From NCBI GenBank assembly GCA_963422205.2, contig CAXMWX010000003.1, forward strand, positions 160,001-224,000: a stretch of DNA of 64,000 bases. Reading direction: 5' to 3'. The notes under the pieces were generated by a model, which saw nothing but the letters and a program-made list of their open reading frames with translations, searched no databases and was not told the DNA's origin. A program made the translations under genes and the position numbers. Shown here one piece after another: positions 51,816-62,988 of the stretch; the stretch's first letter is position 1, and each line of letters starts with the position of its first letter. Source of the DNA: Gammaproteobacteria bacterium. GTDB lineage: Bacteria > Pseudomonadota > Gammaproteobacteria > Eutrophobiales > Eutrophobiaceae.

Positions 51816-53884
51816 CGAAATATGCCTTAGCTGTGGATATTGGCGGCACGTTCACTGATGGTGTTTTACTCGATAGTAACGGACAGGCTTGGACGGATAA
51901 GACCTTAACCACGCACGATGATTTACTACAGGGATTTTTTCAAGTTGCTGAGCTGGTGTTGAAACGTGCTGCTATTGGCTTGCAAGAGGTCAATGATGTA
52001 GTCACTCACGCGACCACTATTGTGACCAATGTTTTGATCGAACGCAAAGGCCCAAGGACTGCTTTGGTGGTAACAGAGGGATTTCGCGATGTGTTATACA
52101 TTCGCGATGAACATCGCTATGATATGTTTGATCCGCAGATTGAATATCCTGAGCCGTTAATTACCAGTGACTTTACCTGGGGTCTGACCGAGCGTACTTA
52201 TGCCGATGGCAGTGTTGGCAGCCCGGTTAACGTAGATGCAGTCAAGCGACTTGCCGCAGAACTTAAGGGTAAAGGTATCGCTTCAGTCGCTGTCTGTTTG
52301 TTGAACAGTTACAGTAATCCAGAGAATGAACATGTTGTTCGCGATATATTAAAGGCAGCAGCACCGGATATTTTTGTCTCATTATCCAGCGATGTTGCAC
52401 CACAAATGCGCGAGTATTTGCGTGCCAGCACCACCACCTTGAATGCTTACGCCGTCCCTGTCTCACGACCATACCTGGATGCGCTGATTGAAAAAATGCA
52501 ACAATCAGGTCGCGATCAGGAACCGTTAATCATGTTATCCAACGGTGGTGTCGTTGGGGCACGGGTTGCCGGTCATTATCCCGTGCGTATGATCGAGTCA
52601 GGACCGGCAGCAGGTGCGCTGGTTGCTGGATACATTGCAAAAAAATATGGCATAGAAAATCTGATCTCTTTTGACATGGGTGGCACAACAGCCAAGGCCT
52701 GTCTGATCCAACAAGGTAAACCTTTAGTCAGTGGTGAATTTGAAGTGGACAGGCGTTATCGATTTAAACCAGGCAGTGGTATGCCGATCACAGTGCCTTC
52801 AATAGATATGATTGAGATCAGTGCAGGTGGGGGCTCTATCGCCAGAGTGAATGAGTTGGGTTTGTTAAAAGTCGGGCCGGATAGTGCCGGTTCTGATCCT
52901 GGCCCGGCCTGTTATGGCCTTGGTGGTAGTAACCCCTGTGTGACGGATGCCGATGTTATTTTGGGGATCTTGGACCCGAACAATTTCCTCGGCGGTGATA
53001 TGCAACTGAACCTGGTCGCTGCCGAACAGGCGATACAAACATTAGCGAACGCCCTGGATGTGTCAATGCAGGAGGCTGCTTATGGTATCTTCAGTGTAGT
53101 AGGTGAATCCATGGCAGCGGCGGCACGTGCACATGCAACTGACAGAGGGGTGAATTATCGTGGCCTGCCGTTATTGGCATTTGGCGGCGCCGGGCCAGTG
53201 CACGCCTGTTATGTGGCGCAACAGTTGGACAGTTCACAAGTGATCTACCCACCGATGGCCAGTGTTTTGAGTGCGTTTGGTACACTGGTGACGCCAGTGC
53301 GGTTGGATTTAGCCCGTGGTGGCTTGTGCCGTTTAGAGGCCATTGATTGGGATAGCGTTAGTGGCTTGATAGACAGTATGCTGATAGAGGGAAAACACGT
53401 CTTGTTAGAGGCGGGTATAGGGCAGGATTCTATTAGCTACGAGTATTCGGCTGATATGCGTTATGTTGGCCAGCAGACTGAAGTGATAGTTAGTTTTGCA
53501 GCCAATCCCAGACAAGCTCGTGACCCCGCAACATTACGCCGCAGTTTTGATAATGCTTATGAAATCCTGTATGGCGTAAGACTGGATGACATGGATGTAG
53601 AAGTCGTGAACTGGCGCATTACTGCCCATGGCGGCGAAGCTGGTCGAGAGGCGCGATTTGAACTACCAGACACGCCTGCAAAACTCAAATACACACGCCA
53701 GGTTTATTTCGAACAAGAAACTTTGGGTGTGCCTGTTTACGACAGAACGGCGCTGGCACTGGAACAAGTCATCAACGGACCAGTGATTGTGGAAGAACGT
53801 GAGACCACAGTATTTATCCTACCGGGTTGGTCTTTGCAAACGGATGCTGATGGCAGCCTTGTCGCAACTAAATCAGAAGGGTAG
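51812..53884 (+). CDS. hydantoinase/oxoprolinase subunit A
   Basis: [39 protein letters not shown]. Confidence 0.94.
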   Translation: MTKYALAVDIGGTFTDGVLLDSNGQAWTDKTLTTHDDLLQGFFQVAELVLKRAAIGLQEVNDVVTHATTIVTNVLIERKGPRTALVVTEGFRDVLYIRDEHRYDMFDPQIEYPEPLITSDFTWGLTERTYADGSVGSPVNVDAVKRLAAELKGKGIASVAVCLLNSYSNPENEHVVRDILKAAAPDIFVSLSSDVAPQMREYLRASTTTLNAYAVPVSRPYLDALIEKMQQSGRDQEPLIMLSNGGVVGARVAGHYPVRMIESGPAAGALVAGYIAKKYGIENLISFDMGGTTAKACLIQQGKPLVSGEFEVDRRYRFKPGSGMPITVPSIDMIEISAGGGSIARVNELGLLKVGPDSAGSDPGPACYGLGGSNPCVTDADVILGILDPNNFLGGDMQLNLVAAEQAIQTLANALDVSMQEAAYGIFSVVGESMAAAARAHATDRGVNYRGLPLLAFGGAGPVHACYVAQQLDSSQVIYPPMASVLSAFGTLVTPVRLDLARGGLCRLEAIDWDSVSGLIDSMLIEGKHVLLEAGIGQDSISYEYSADMRYVGQQTEVIVSFAANPRQARDPATLRRSFDNAYEILYGVRLDDMDVEVVNWRITAHGGEAGREARFELPDTPAKLKYTRQVYFEQETLGVPVYDRTALALEQVINGPVIVEERETTVFILPGWSLQTDADGSLVATKSEG

Positions 53885-53888
53885 GAGT

Positions 53889-55439
53889 ATGGACGGAATA
53901 GAACTGGAGATTATGTGGGGTAATTTGATCAGTATTGTCAGCGAGCAGGCGAAGGCTTTGCAACGTACTGCATTCAGCCCCATCGTGCGTGAGGCTGGAG
54001 ATTTAGCGACAGCACTATTTGATTCAGATACGCGCATGGTCGCACAAGGCCTAATCGGCACACCGGGGCATATTAACTCGCTGGCCGCGGCGGCAAAAAA
54101 TCTCGTTAATGTGATCCCGAAAGAGGAGATTTACCCCGGTGATGTGCTGATCACCAATGATCCCTGGATGTCCGCCGGACATTTTTTTGACATCACCGTG
54201 CTGACACCGATATTCAGAAAAGAAAAACTGATTGCTTATTGCGGTTCTACCATTCACCATACTGACATTGGTGGTTATGGCATTGGTGCCGGTGCCCGGG
54301 ATATTCATGAAGAGGGTTTGTGGATACCCGTATTAAAACTCTATGAACGCGGTAATCCAAACCCGACCTTACATGCCATCATAAAACAAAACGTGCGTAC
54401 ACCGGATGCCATATTTGGCGATCTGGCAGCACAACTATCCAGTGGCAAGATGGGTGGGGAGCGTCTCAATGCCATGTGTGATCGTTATGATTTGGATGCT
54501 ATCGATGAATTGGCAGAAGAAATCATTAACCGTTCAGAAGAGGCTACCCGTGCCGACATTCGAAAACTGGCCGCTGGCACCTATCATGGCCAAACATCAT
54601 TTGATGTACCTGGTGGTGATGTCATTACCTTGAAGACGGCGGTTACAGTAGACAATAAACTGGGCGAGATAAGGATCGACTTTGCCGGTAGTTCTCCCCC
54701 TAGCAAACATGGCATCAATGTCGTTGCTGCTTATACTCATGCCTATAGTACGTTTGCGATGCGTAGTATTTTGAATCCTGATTTGCCTAATAACGCCGGT
54801 AGTCTGGCACCGATCAAAGTAGAATTGCCCAGCAACTGTATTGTCAATGCAAAATACCCTGTGCCAGTGAACGCACGGCATGTCGTCGGTATGTATGTGC
54901 CATTTCCAATTCTCAATGCCTTATCAGAGTTGATGCCGGAACGGGTGCTGGCGGAAGGGTCAGGTGCCGTATGGACGATACAGATTCAAGGCCGTGATAA
55001 AGACGATAAGCCATTCATCAGTTCCATGTTCAATTACTCTGGCGGTATGGGTGGGCGGGCGCGGAAGAATGGCCTTTCCGCAACTTGTTATCCTACGGGT
55101 GTATCAGCAGTGCCGGTCGAGGTATTGGAAGCCTCTATTCCGATAGCATTTACCTGCAAGGAGTTGTTGTCAGGGACAGGTGGCAGGGGTAAATACAATG
55201 GCGGCGATGGCCAACGTATCGGTTTTAAAATGCGTACAGGAAAAAAGTGGTTGTTAAATGCGATTCCCAGCCGCTTACAGATACAGGCAAAAGGTTTACA
55301 AGGTGGTGAGCCGGGTGCTGCGGGTGCGTTTTTAGTAAATGGTGAGCCAAGTTTGGAAGCACACAAAAAGTCTATGTTAGCCGATGATGAAGTACTTATG
55401 CATACACCGGGTGGGGGTGGCTTTGGTATACCATGTTAG
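53889..55439 (+). CDS. hydantoinase B/oxoprolinase subunit
   Basis: RTAFSPIVRE, NDPW..GH, HHTDIGG, EEG, TPGGGGFG. Confidence 0.94.
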   Translation: MDGIELEIMWGNLISIVSEQAKALQRTAFSPIVREAGDLATALFDSDTRMVAQGLIGTPGHINSLAAAAKNLVNVIPKEEIYPGDVLITNDPWMSAGHFFDITVLTPIFRKEKLIAYCGSTIHHTDIGGYGIGAGARDIHEEGLWIPVLKLYERGNPNPTLHAIIKQNVRTPDAIFGDLAAQLSSGKMGGERLNAMCDRYDLDAIDELAEEIINRSEEATRADIRKLAAGTYHGQTSFDVPGGDVITLKTAVTVDNKLGEIRIDFAGSSPPSKHGINVVAAYTHAYSTFAMRSILNPDLPNNAGSLAPIKVELPSNCIVNAKYPVPVNARHVVGMYVPFPILNALSELMPERVLAEGSGAVWTIQIQGRDKDDKPFISSMFNYSGGMGGRARKNGLSATCYPTGVSAVPVEVLEASIPIAFTCKELLSGTGGRGKYNGGDGQRIGFKMRTGKKWLLNAIPSRLQIQAKGLQGGEPGAAGAFLVNGEPSLEAHKKSMLADDEVLMHTPGGGGFGIPC

Positions 55440-55483
55440 CCTTAGGTGCAATTTTAAGGTTTGTTCAAGTGAAGTCATTAATA

Positions 55484-56728
55484 TCAGCGAACTGCCATTG
55501 TGTTTTTGATTGGCGGGCGCATCAGGGCCACTGTGACAGCGACAGCCAACAGCAAGACAGCATAGGCGTAGAAGACGGCAGTGAAGCCACCCAGCTTATC
55601 GCCGATGATGCCGGTCAATATCGGGCCGGCGGTGGCCAGCGTGGTGATCATGTTCAACGTGCCCAGTATCTCCGGGTTGTTTTTTGTCCCAAAATAATTG
55701 ATCAACAACACGGTGGTGGCAAAGAAACACATGCCAAAGCCATAGCCCTCGCCCAGCACGAACACCGCGATCGCAAACAGATTATCAGCGACCGACAAGG
55801 CTAACATGCCGATGATCTCGGCGATCAAGGCCGATAGCAGCAGCCATTTGGGATCAATACGGGTGCTGATGATGCCGCCGAAGGCGCGTGATGCCGCATT
55901 CAGGGCGGCGTGGATACTCATGGCGCTGGCGGCGACTGCCGGGGCAATACCAAAATTACGCAGATGGATCACCGCCCAGGTGCTGATGGTGATAGCACAG
56001 AACAGCGTCATGGTCATCGCCGCTACGATAATATAGAACTGGGGGCAACGGATGACCTCCCGGTAATGCCAGTCCAGCCGGGTTTGATACACACGGGCGG
56101 CATGGGGTTCGTCGTTGGCTTTGCTCGCTTTTGCTTCGGTCGGGGCATGCTCTGGCTCTGCCTTGATGAGGATGCTCGCCAGCAGTGCCAGCAGCGCAAC
56201 AGCACCAGCGGCCAGCCACCAGTAAACACGCCAGGCATGGGTGAATGCCTGTATGCTGGTGACAAGCAGCGGCCCGGCCACGCCGCCCAGGCCGCCGATC
56301 GTCATATAAGCACCGATGGCAAGCGAGCGCTTGTCTGCCAGCCAGTGATTGATGAAATGGATCCCCGGCACATTGGCACAATGGCTGAAACCATAGCCGA
56401 GCAGGGCGGCGGCGATGAAGTAGTGGCTTGGTGCCGTGCAGGTCGCCAGCAGGACAAACCCGCCCGCCATCGCCAGCCCGCCTATGCCATAAGTCGCCCC
56501 GATACCAAATCGGCGCAGCATGAGTGCTGGCAGGATGGCCGTGAGGCCATTCGCCAGGCCGAGCAGGGTGAAGCCCGTGCCAGCATCGGTATAGCTCCAG
56601 CCAAGTTCCTGCATCATAAATGGCAATGCAACACCGAGTGAGCCATAGCTCGCCCCCGTGATCAGAAAAAACATCAGGCTGACAATGGCAAACATGCCCC
56701 AGCGTTTGACAGCGAAAGCATTGGCCAT
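55484..56728 (-). CDS. MFS transporter
   Basis: Multiple hydrophobic helices, MFS layout. Confidence 0.88.
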   Translation of the reverse strand: MANAFAVKRWGMFAIVSLMFFLITGASYGSLGVALPFMMQELGWSYTDAGTGFTLLGLANGLTAILPALMLRRFGIGATYGIGGLAMAGGFVLLATCTAPSHYFIAAALLGYGFSHCANVPGIHFINHWLADKRSLAIGAYMTIGGLGGVAGPLLVTSIQAFTHAWRVYWWLAAGAVALLALLASILIKAEPEHAPTEAKASKANDEPHAARVYQTRLDWHYREVIRCPQFYIIVAAMTMTLFCAITISTWAVIHLRNFGIAPAVAASAMSIHAALNAASRAFGGIISTRIDPKWLLLSALIAEIIGMLALSVADNLFAIAVFVLGEGYGFGMCFFATTVLLINYFGTKNNPEILGTLNMITTLATAGPILTGIIGDKLGGFTAVFYAYAVLLLAVAVTVALMRPPIKNTMAVR

Positions 56729-56823
56729 GAATTTTTCAAATATCACCAGCCTTTACCAAGGCGCATTGCCGCCAGTGCAAGTCCAGCATTATACGGTTTT
56801 TTAAATGAATACAGTTGCTATGA

Positions 56824-57315
56824 TTATTCGCGAGTATAGTTATCAGGTATCTGTGGATCTTCACCGGCTTTTACCCATAGTACGATTTCATTACCCCAGG
56901 GGTCACGAAAAGCATGGTTATAACCATTGAATTCCGCCCAGTAGTGATCGCGCCACATGATCTCTGCACCTAGCTTTTCAGCCGTTTCCAGAATCCTTTC
57001 ATGTGAGTCGTCATCACTAACCAACATCCAGATACGAGCCTTTCTACCATCTTTGCTTAGCCCGCGTGGTTCTACACCACCCAGATCAGGATGTGGACGT
57101 GCATTACTTACATTAAAAATACCCAAATGCAGGTTACCAATTTCACTTTGTGATCCGTCAGGATTTTTAAAATTTTGACCCGGCACCAAACGATGGAATT
57201 CCCCCGCAGGTCTGCCTTCATTGCTCCAGCCAAAGACCTTGGTGTAGAACTTTCCAGTTGCTTCGGGGTCATCGGAGGCCAGATCAACAAATATCAAGGT
57301 AGTAGGGTAAGCCAT
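56824..57315 (-). CDS. VOC/glyoxalase family protein
   Basis: FVDLASDDPE..FYTKVFGW, FRDPWGNEIVL. Confidence 0.85.
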   Translation of the reverse strand: MAYPTTLIFVDLASDDPEATGKFYTKVFGWSNEGRPAGEFHRLVPGQNFKNPDGSQSEIGNLHLGIFNVSNARPHPDLGGVEPRGLSKDGRKARIWMLVSDDDSHERILETAEKLGAEIMWRDHYWAEFNGYNHAFRDPWGNEIVLWVKAGEDPQIPDNYTRE

Positions 57316-57449
57316 GATCATCTCCTGTTATTTTGGTTTGGAGGGATTGATAGAGTACATCCTTTTATCGCTGAAGTTTCTCTCAAAGTCTTGTGTGCAT
57401 GCGCCTAATCTCTTGCCAATATAATACTAACAACATGCTGCTAATTCTC

Positions 57450-58394
57450 TTACAGACCACCACGACGATAGTCGCGTGGTGAAATACCATATTCATTGCG
57501 GAATACCCGGCTGAAGTGTGCCGAACCGTTAAAACCCCAGCGAAAACAGATCTCTGAAATCGACAACTGACTGTGCAAGGGACTCATCAGATCAGCCCGA
57601 CATCGCTCCAGTCTGCGGGTACGTAAATACTGGCTGAAGCTCATGTCCGCATTGGTAAACAGTTTTTGCAGGTAGCGAGTTGATACGCCATGTTCACTGG
57701 CAACCCGGGCCAGGTTCAAGTCAGGATCGCCTAACATGGTTTCTATACTTTGGCAGATCCTGTGCAGGTGTGAGGTACGCGCACCAGCGGCACCACCTAG
57801 ACCAAACACAGTTTTTTCGTCACTCAGCGAGGCAATGATAAACTCTGTCAAGGCCAGCTCAACGGGTGGTAACTGACTGGATTCAATCTCTTCTAATATT
57901 TCTGCGAGTGCGGTGAGCATCCTGGCAAATATATGATCAATACCGGATTTTGAGTTCAAGTGACCGATACTGAGCGACAGTGGTGCGATAACACGCGGGT
58001 TTAATGTCAGGCGTGGAATGCGAATATACAGTATGCTGAAGTCAGTCAGAAAGTGCATGGTCGCCTCGTTACGACAGGGGCCGTAGGCAATATCACCTAC
58101 TGCCATATCTATAGTATGATCACTTAATACTAACTGTGCCTGTCCATGGAGCAGCAAGACCAACCAGATAGCAGCAGATTGATTCATGTACTTGCCGGAT
58201 ATTTCATGGGCTGAGGCATTGATACAGGCAAACTCCATACCCAATGGAGAGGCATGACAGGAGACTGTACCGTGAAAATTCCGTGTGTTGTCCAACTCGC
58301 CGACCGGTAAGGCCAGGCGATGCATGGCCTCAAGCCAGCCCTGATGCCGTTCGCTAGCTGGGTATGTTTCTGTGGTGAACTGCCAGGCTTTCAC
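57450..58394 (-). CDS. AraC family transcriptional regulator (FeaR-like)
   Basis: VSTRYLQKLF, RRLERCR, ISEICFRWGFN..HFSRVFR..GISP. Confidence 0.93.
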   Translation of the reverse strand: MKAWQFTTETYPASERHQGWLEAMHRLALPVGELDNTRNFHGTVSCHASPLGMEFACINASAHEISGKYMNQSAAIWLVLLLHGQAQLVLSDHTIDMAVGDIAYGPCRNEATMHFLTDFSILYIRIPRLTLNPRVIAPLSLSIGHLNSKSGIDHIFARMLTALAEILEEIESSQLPPVELALTEFIIASLSDEKTVFGLGGAAGARTSHLHRICQSIETMLGDPDLNLARVASEHGVSTRYLQKLFTNADMSFSQYLRTRRLERCRADLMSPLHSQLSISEICFRWGFNGSAHFSRVFRNEYGISPRDYRRGGL

Positions 58395-58609
58395 GGTGTA
58401 CTTGTTTTTTTAATGTGTGTTTTCATTCTAAAGTCTAAAGCAACTGCCAGGCAAAGTTTAGCGTATGACAAGCTAAATCCGTGTCTGTGGACAAGCCGTT
58501 TTTCGACAGGCGAAACCCGGATAAAAGCTTACTTTGCCGTGCTTGCCTCTATGGTATGGTGTATCGGGAAAATTCTTAAATAACGCCTATCTTGCAGCAA
58601 ACGGGTAGC

Positions 58610-59644
58610 ATGAAAGCACTTATTTATGATCAGCCTGGTGGTGTTGATGTTTTGCAATATCGCGATGTGCCTGACCCGGAACCAGAGGCGCATGATGTCG
58701 TCATTAAAGTGACAGCCACTACCATTAATCATCTGGATGTTGTCCAGCGTAATGGCTGGTTTAGCCTGCCGGGTTTTTCGCTGCCACATATTGCCGGGAT
58801 GGATATAGTTGGTACGGTGATCGAAGTGGGTGAAGCCGTTACCAGTGTCAAAACAGGTGACAGGGTAGTGGTCGATCCATCCATGACGGAAGTGCCTGAG
58901 GGTTCGAAACTTGCCGGATACGGTGATCTCTATGGTGAGTTAGGTGTGCTTGGTGGTACGCTTGCTGGCGGTTATGCCGAGCGTTGTCTGGCGCCGGAGA
59001 CGCATTTACATGCTATTCCCGATGACATGTCCTGGCACCAGGCCGTTATTTTTCCAACGGCCTGCATGACGGCACACCATGCCTTGTTCGATGTCGCCAG
59101 GCTCAAAGCCGGTGAGACCATCATGATCCATGCGGCTGGCAGCGGCGTATCCATGGTGACTATCCAGTTGGCCAGACAGCAGGGGGCAACGGTATTGGCA
59201 ACGGCGGGTAGTGAAGAGAAATGTGAATATGCTGCCGATCTAGGGGCCGATCACACCTGCAATAATCGCACAACAGATGTGGCGGCATGGGCACGCAAAT
59301 GCACAGACGGCAAAGGGGTGGATGTGGTCTTTGATCACGTTGGTGAGGCTTTGTGGGCGGCTTCAATGTTTTCCCTGACCCCACGTGGCCGTTTGGTGAA
59401 CTGCGGCAGCACCTCCGGCAATGCGCCTGTTATTCCAGACCTGGGTTATATGTATCACATGGGTTTGCAGATACTCGGCTCAGATCCGTACCGCTATGAG
59501 GAATTTGAACCGGCCTGGCAGCAGTATTGTGCGGGCGAGTTGGAAGCCGTCATTGATAGTGTCTATCCGTTAGCAGATGGCGCAACAGCACAGGAGCGGC
59601 TGCTCGGCGGCCAGTCGTTCGGCAAGATTGTATTGGAACCCTGA
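58610..59644 (+). CDS. MDR quinone-oxidoreductase-like dehydrogenase
   Basis: INHLD, PHIAGMD, HAAGSGVS, GVDVVFDHVG, FGKIVL. Confidence 0.9.
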   Translation: MKALIYDQPGGVDVLQYRDVPDPEPEAHDVVIKVTATTINHLDVVQRNGWFSLPGFSLPHIAGMDIVGTVIEVGEAVTSVKTGDRVVVDPSMTEVPEGSKLAGYGDLYGELGVLGGTLAGGYAERCLAPETHLHAIPDDMSWHQAVIFPTACMTAHHALFDVARLKAGETIMIHAAGSGVSMVTIQLARQQGATVLATAGSEEKCEYAADLGADHTCNNRTTDVAAWARKCTDGKGVDVVFDHVGEALWAASMFSLTPRGRLVNCGSTSGNAPVIPDLGYMYHMGLQILGSDPYRYEEFEPAWQQYCAGELEAVIDSVYPLADGATAQERLLGGQSFGKIVLEP

Positions 59645-59660
59645 TATTTAGTAGCTGTTA

Positions 59661-60075
59661 GTGACTGCTGATTCCCCTTATCCAGAACTCAAAAAGCGCC
59701 ACACCATGGCCTGTCAAGATCGGTCGTGGTGCGATTACGAGCCACCACCATCTACAGCAATCTGGTCTGTCATCCAGGGTGCTAACGCCTATTGGATGTT
59801 GCTGGCGGCGATTGATTTGGGCGTGTTTGATGCGCTGGAGGAGCAGGGCAGACAGGCCCGAGTGGCGACCGTTATTGAATGTAATGAATCAACTGGTCTG
59901 GTCGGCTCACGGTGGGGGTGTGGATACGGTGATGGTGGATGGCAGGATGGTTGTCGAAAACGGGCGTTGTGTGACCTTGGATGAGGAGTGGCTATGGGCG
60001 GAAGCGCAGCGTATGGGAGAGGCTATTGCTGGGCGTTCGGGTCTGCCCGACAAAGCAAAGTTTCCGACCTTATAG
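59661..60075 (+). pseudogene. chimeric remnant: O-methyltransferase N-terminus joined to amidohydrolase C-terminus
   Basis: YWMLLAAIDLGVFDALEEQG (OMT dimerisation-like), then in another frame DRPEWRPLLNVMNQLVWSA..VDTVMVDGR, paralogous to the C-terminus of 47353..48735. Confidence 0.75.
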
Positions 60076-60078
60076 TTG

Positions 60079-60555
60079 CTATCCCCACACCTCGCGGGCC
60101 TTTTCATACACGCCCTGGTCGTAGGAAAATTCCACCATATTACCTTCCGGATCACGCAGGAAACAGATATAGCCGATGCGTTTTGGCATTTGTTTTGGCC
60201 CCAGCACCAGGCAGCCGCCTGCCTTGCCCCTGGCCGCTATGGTGTCAATGGTTTGTTTATCCGGCACTTCTATGCCAATGTGGGCAAACGGCCCCAGGGC
60301 CGGGTGCTCAATAGGGGCAAACGGGTCATGGCCTTCAAAGAACTGCGCCAGCACCAGGATAAACGGACTGTCACCCTGGCTGTTATCGCCCAGCCAGGCG
60401 CCATAGCCATCCTCATCCTCTTCCTTAAACAAGAGCGATAGGTGGGTAAACTCTTCATACCAGGCAATGACCTTGTCTATGTCTTTGACATGCAGGGCCA
60501 GATGCGTCCAGGTGGGGCGCTGGGGTCGGCGTTTATGGTTGGTCTTGGCACTCAT
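60079..60555 (-). CDS. VOC/glyoxalase family protein
   Basis: THLALHVKD, AHIGIE, LRDPEGNMVEFS. Confidence 0.9.
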   Translation of the reverse strand: MSAKTNHKRRPQRPTWTHLALHVKDIDKVIAWYEEFTHLSLLFKEEDEDGYGAWLGDNSQGDSPFILVLAQFFEGHDPFAPIEHPALGPFAHIGIEVPDKQTIDTIAARGKAGGCLVLGPKQMPKRIGYICFLRDPEGNMVEFSYDQGVYEKAREVWG

Positions 60556-60558
60556 CAA

Positions 60559-62865
60559 TCAGTCCCAGTGGTATCTGATGCTGCCTGTCACTTCCCGTGG
60601 CGGGATATATTCATGACTGGTGGACCATATCCCGAATGGATTGCTAAAGACATTGTTAATGCCGTCCTCATTGAGGAGATTGGAAACGAGCAGGGTAAAG
60701 CTGAGGGGGTATTGAGGCATATCGTAGGCGAAATGCAGATTGACGACATCATAGCTGGGCACGGTATCGACCAGCGGGTTATTAAATACCCGTGCCTGCA
60801 TCTTGCCACGGTGGACATATTCAATGCGAGAGCTCAGTACGCCACCATCAGCAAAGCTATATGTATTCGTTAAACCGAGCCGCACCATGATGTTGGGCAG
60901 CTTCGGCGGCTCATTGCCGTTGAGGTTATTGGCCTCGGCCAACATATGCCGTGTTGTTTGAGAACCGTCACTGAACAGCCCTAAACCCGGTGCCAGTGCC
61001 TCACGAAAATCAATGGGGTCCAGCGCCAGGTTATCCCCCTTTATCTTGCCATCCTGCCAGGCGAGCATACCATCAAACCGCCATTGGGCATTGACCTGCC
61101 AGCTAAACTCGCTTTCAATGCCGTACTCTTCCAGCTTGGGGATAGTGCCAGTGCCGCCAGCAAAGGGGACCGGGTCCTCAAAGATATATTGCAGGTGTTC
61201 ATGGTCGTAGTAGAACGCCGTGACATTGAAGCGCACGGCGTTATCGAACAAGGTATTGCGGCTGCCAAGCTCGAACGCCATCACCTTCTCAGGGGCAAAC
61301 AGACCATCCAGGAAGGTGGCATTGTTGGCAATGGCCCCCGGATTGGTGCCGCCGTTTTTCCAGCCGGTGGAGATCAGGCCGTACACGAGGTGATCGTCAG
61401 TCAGCTTGACATCAATGCCTGCCTTCCAGGCGAGCTGCGAGTCGTTCGTCTCCCGGTCAAAGCCGACACTGAAGAACTGCACACCAAAGTCACGCTGCTT
61501 CTCATCCTGATAGCGCAGGCCGGCGGTGAGAGAAAAGGTCTCATTCAGGCGATAGGTGGCCTGTCCATAAGCCGCCAGGTCTTCGCGGGCCACTTCACGT
61601 GCTTCATTGAAGTTCAACACCGAATTAAACGGCGGCAGAGTGGCCGGGCTGGGGTTGGCCAGCGCGGCGGCGGAGGCTGAGAACGGCGCTGCCCCGGTGG
61701 CTTCAAGGAAATCATTGAAATTGTCATGATCCAGGTAATAGGCTCCCACGACCCAGTCAAGCTGCTCACTATTGTAGGTAATATTGATTTCCTGGCTGAA
61801 GGCATCGGAATCATTATCCCAGAAAGTCAGTACATCCCAGTTGTCAGGGTTGAAAAAACCCAATCTGTCTATGCTGAGAGTTGCCTCAGTCAGGCGATCA
61901 CCATCGACTGACTGCCGCTTCTCCAGCATCTGATAACCGGTCATTGATTTGACTGTGACACCAACAGGCGTCTGCCATTCAAGAATAATCGAAGCACTGG
62001 TATTTTCCAGTTTGAAAATGCCGGGGAAATCCTGGGTCAGGCGGCGTGGATCCGGGTTTGGGTCATCCACATTTTTCTGCGCCGCTGCGTTTTGATCAGA
62101 GTCCTGATAGAAACCCTGTGCAATGATTTTTAATGATTCTGTGGGTTCCCAGAGCAGGGCTGCTTTTGCGGTCACTGAGTCTGCATTATCAAGTTGATAG
62201 CCGTCCAACGCACCACCGCTGATTTCAGCAAAACCGTCGCGGCGATATTTCTGGAGCGAGGCACGCATAGCAGCGGTGCTGCCAAGTGGCAGGTTAATGG
62301 CGGTACGTGCATTGAGCATATCATAGGTGCCATAACCCAGTTCCGCATAGCCGCTGGCCTCGTCAAGCCCCGGTTTTTTTGTTATCAGGTTAATGGCACC
62401 GCCGGTGGTGCCCTGGCCGAATTCGGTGCCCTGGGGCCCACGAAAAACCTCAATGCGCTCAAGTTCACCGAGATCCAGCCCCATGGAAAGCGGATTGGCC
62501 AGATAGATACCATCAATGTAAGTCAGCACACTGGGTTGCGAGGCAATATTCTGTGCGGTTTCCCAGCCAATGCCGCGAATAGACACCACGCGACCTGCCC
62601 CATCGTTCTTGGCAACGACCAGCCCGGGGACAAAGCCGTTGAAGTTATCCAGTTTGACGATGTTGGATTTATCGAAGTCCTCGCCGGTGACGACCGAGAC
62701 GGCGATGGCCGCCTCCTGCAGGGCCACTTCACGTTTACGGGCAGTAACAATAATTTGTTCAAGCCCGACTGCTGTTACGGGTGATGTTGCAAGTATACTG
62801 GAGAGTATTATTGCTGTAATAACAGACTTGCCTAAGTGATTGATATGAATCTGCAACTCGCACAT
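60559..62865 (-). CDS. TonB-dependent receptor
   Basis: LEQIIVTARKRE, LERIEVFRGPQGTEFG..GGAIN; start chosen by RBS. Confidence 0.93.
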   Translation of the reverse strand: MCELQIHINHLGKSVITAIILSSILATSPVTAVGLEQIIVTARKREVALQEAAIAVSVVTGEDFDKSNIVKLDNFNGFVPGLVVAKNDGAGRVVSIRGIGWETAQNIASQPSVLTYIDGIYLANPLSMGLDLGELERIEVFRGPQGTEFGQGTTGGAINLITKKPGLDEASGYAELGYGTYDMLNARTAINLPLGSTAAMRASLQKYRRDGFAEISGGALDGYQLDNADSVTAKAALLWEPTESLKIIAQGFYQDSDQNAAAQKNVDDPNPDPRRLTQDFPGIFKLENTSASIILEWQTPVGVTVKSMTGYQMLEKRQSVDGDRLTEATLSIDRLGFFNPDNWDVLTFWDNDSDAFSQEINITYNSEQLDWVVGAYYLDHDNFNDFLEATGAAPFSASAAALANPSPATLPPFNSVLNFNEAREVAREDLAAYGQATYRLNETFSLTAGLRYQDEKQRDFGVQFFSVGFDRETNDSQLAWKAGIDVKLTDDHLVYGLISTGWKNGGTNPGAIANNATFLDGLFAPEKVMAFELGSRNTLFDNAVRFNVTAFYYDHEHLQYIFEDPVPFAGGTGTIPKLEEYGIESEFSWQVNAQWRFDGMLAWQDGKIKGDNLALDPIDFREALAPGLGLFSDGSQTTRHMLAEANNLNGNEPPKLPNIMVRLGLTNTYSFADGGVLSSRIEYVHRGKMQARVFNNPLVDTVPSYDVVNLHFAYDMPQYPLSFTLLVSNLLNEDGINNVFSNPFGIWSTSHEYIPPREVTGSIRYHWD

Positions 62866-62988
62866 TAGATTAACCCCCCATAAGCCGTGAGTCACAAGCC
62901 TATTGAGTGTGGGACAAAATATGTATCAGGACTTGCACAAATGCGCCCTTTTATTTGCGTAATATCATTTTGTGCAAGGATGACGGGG

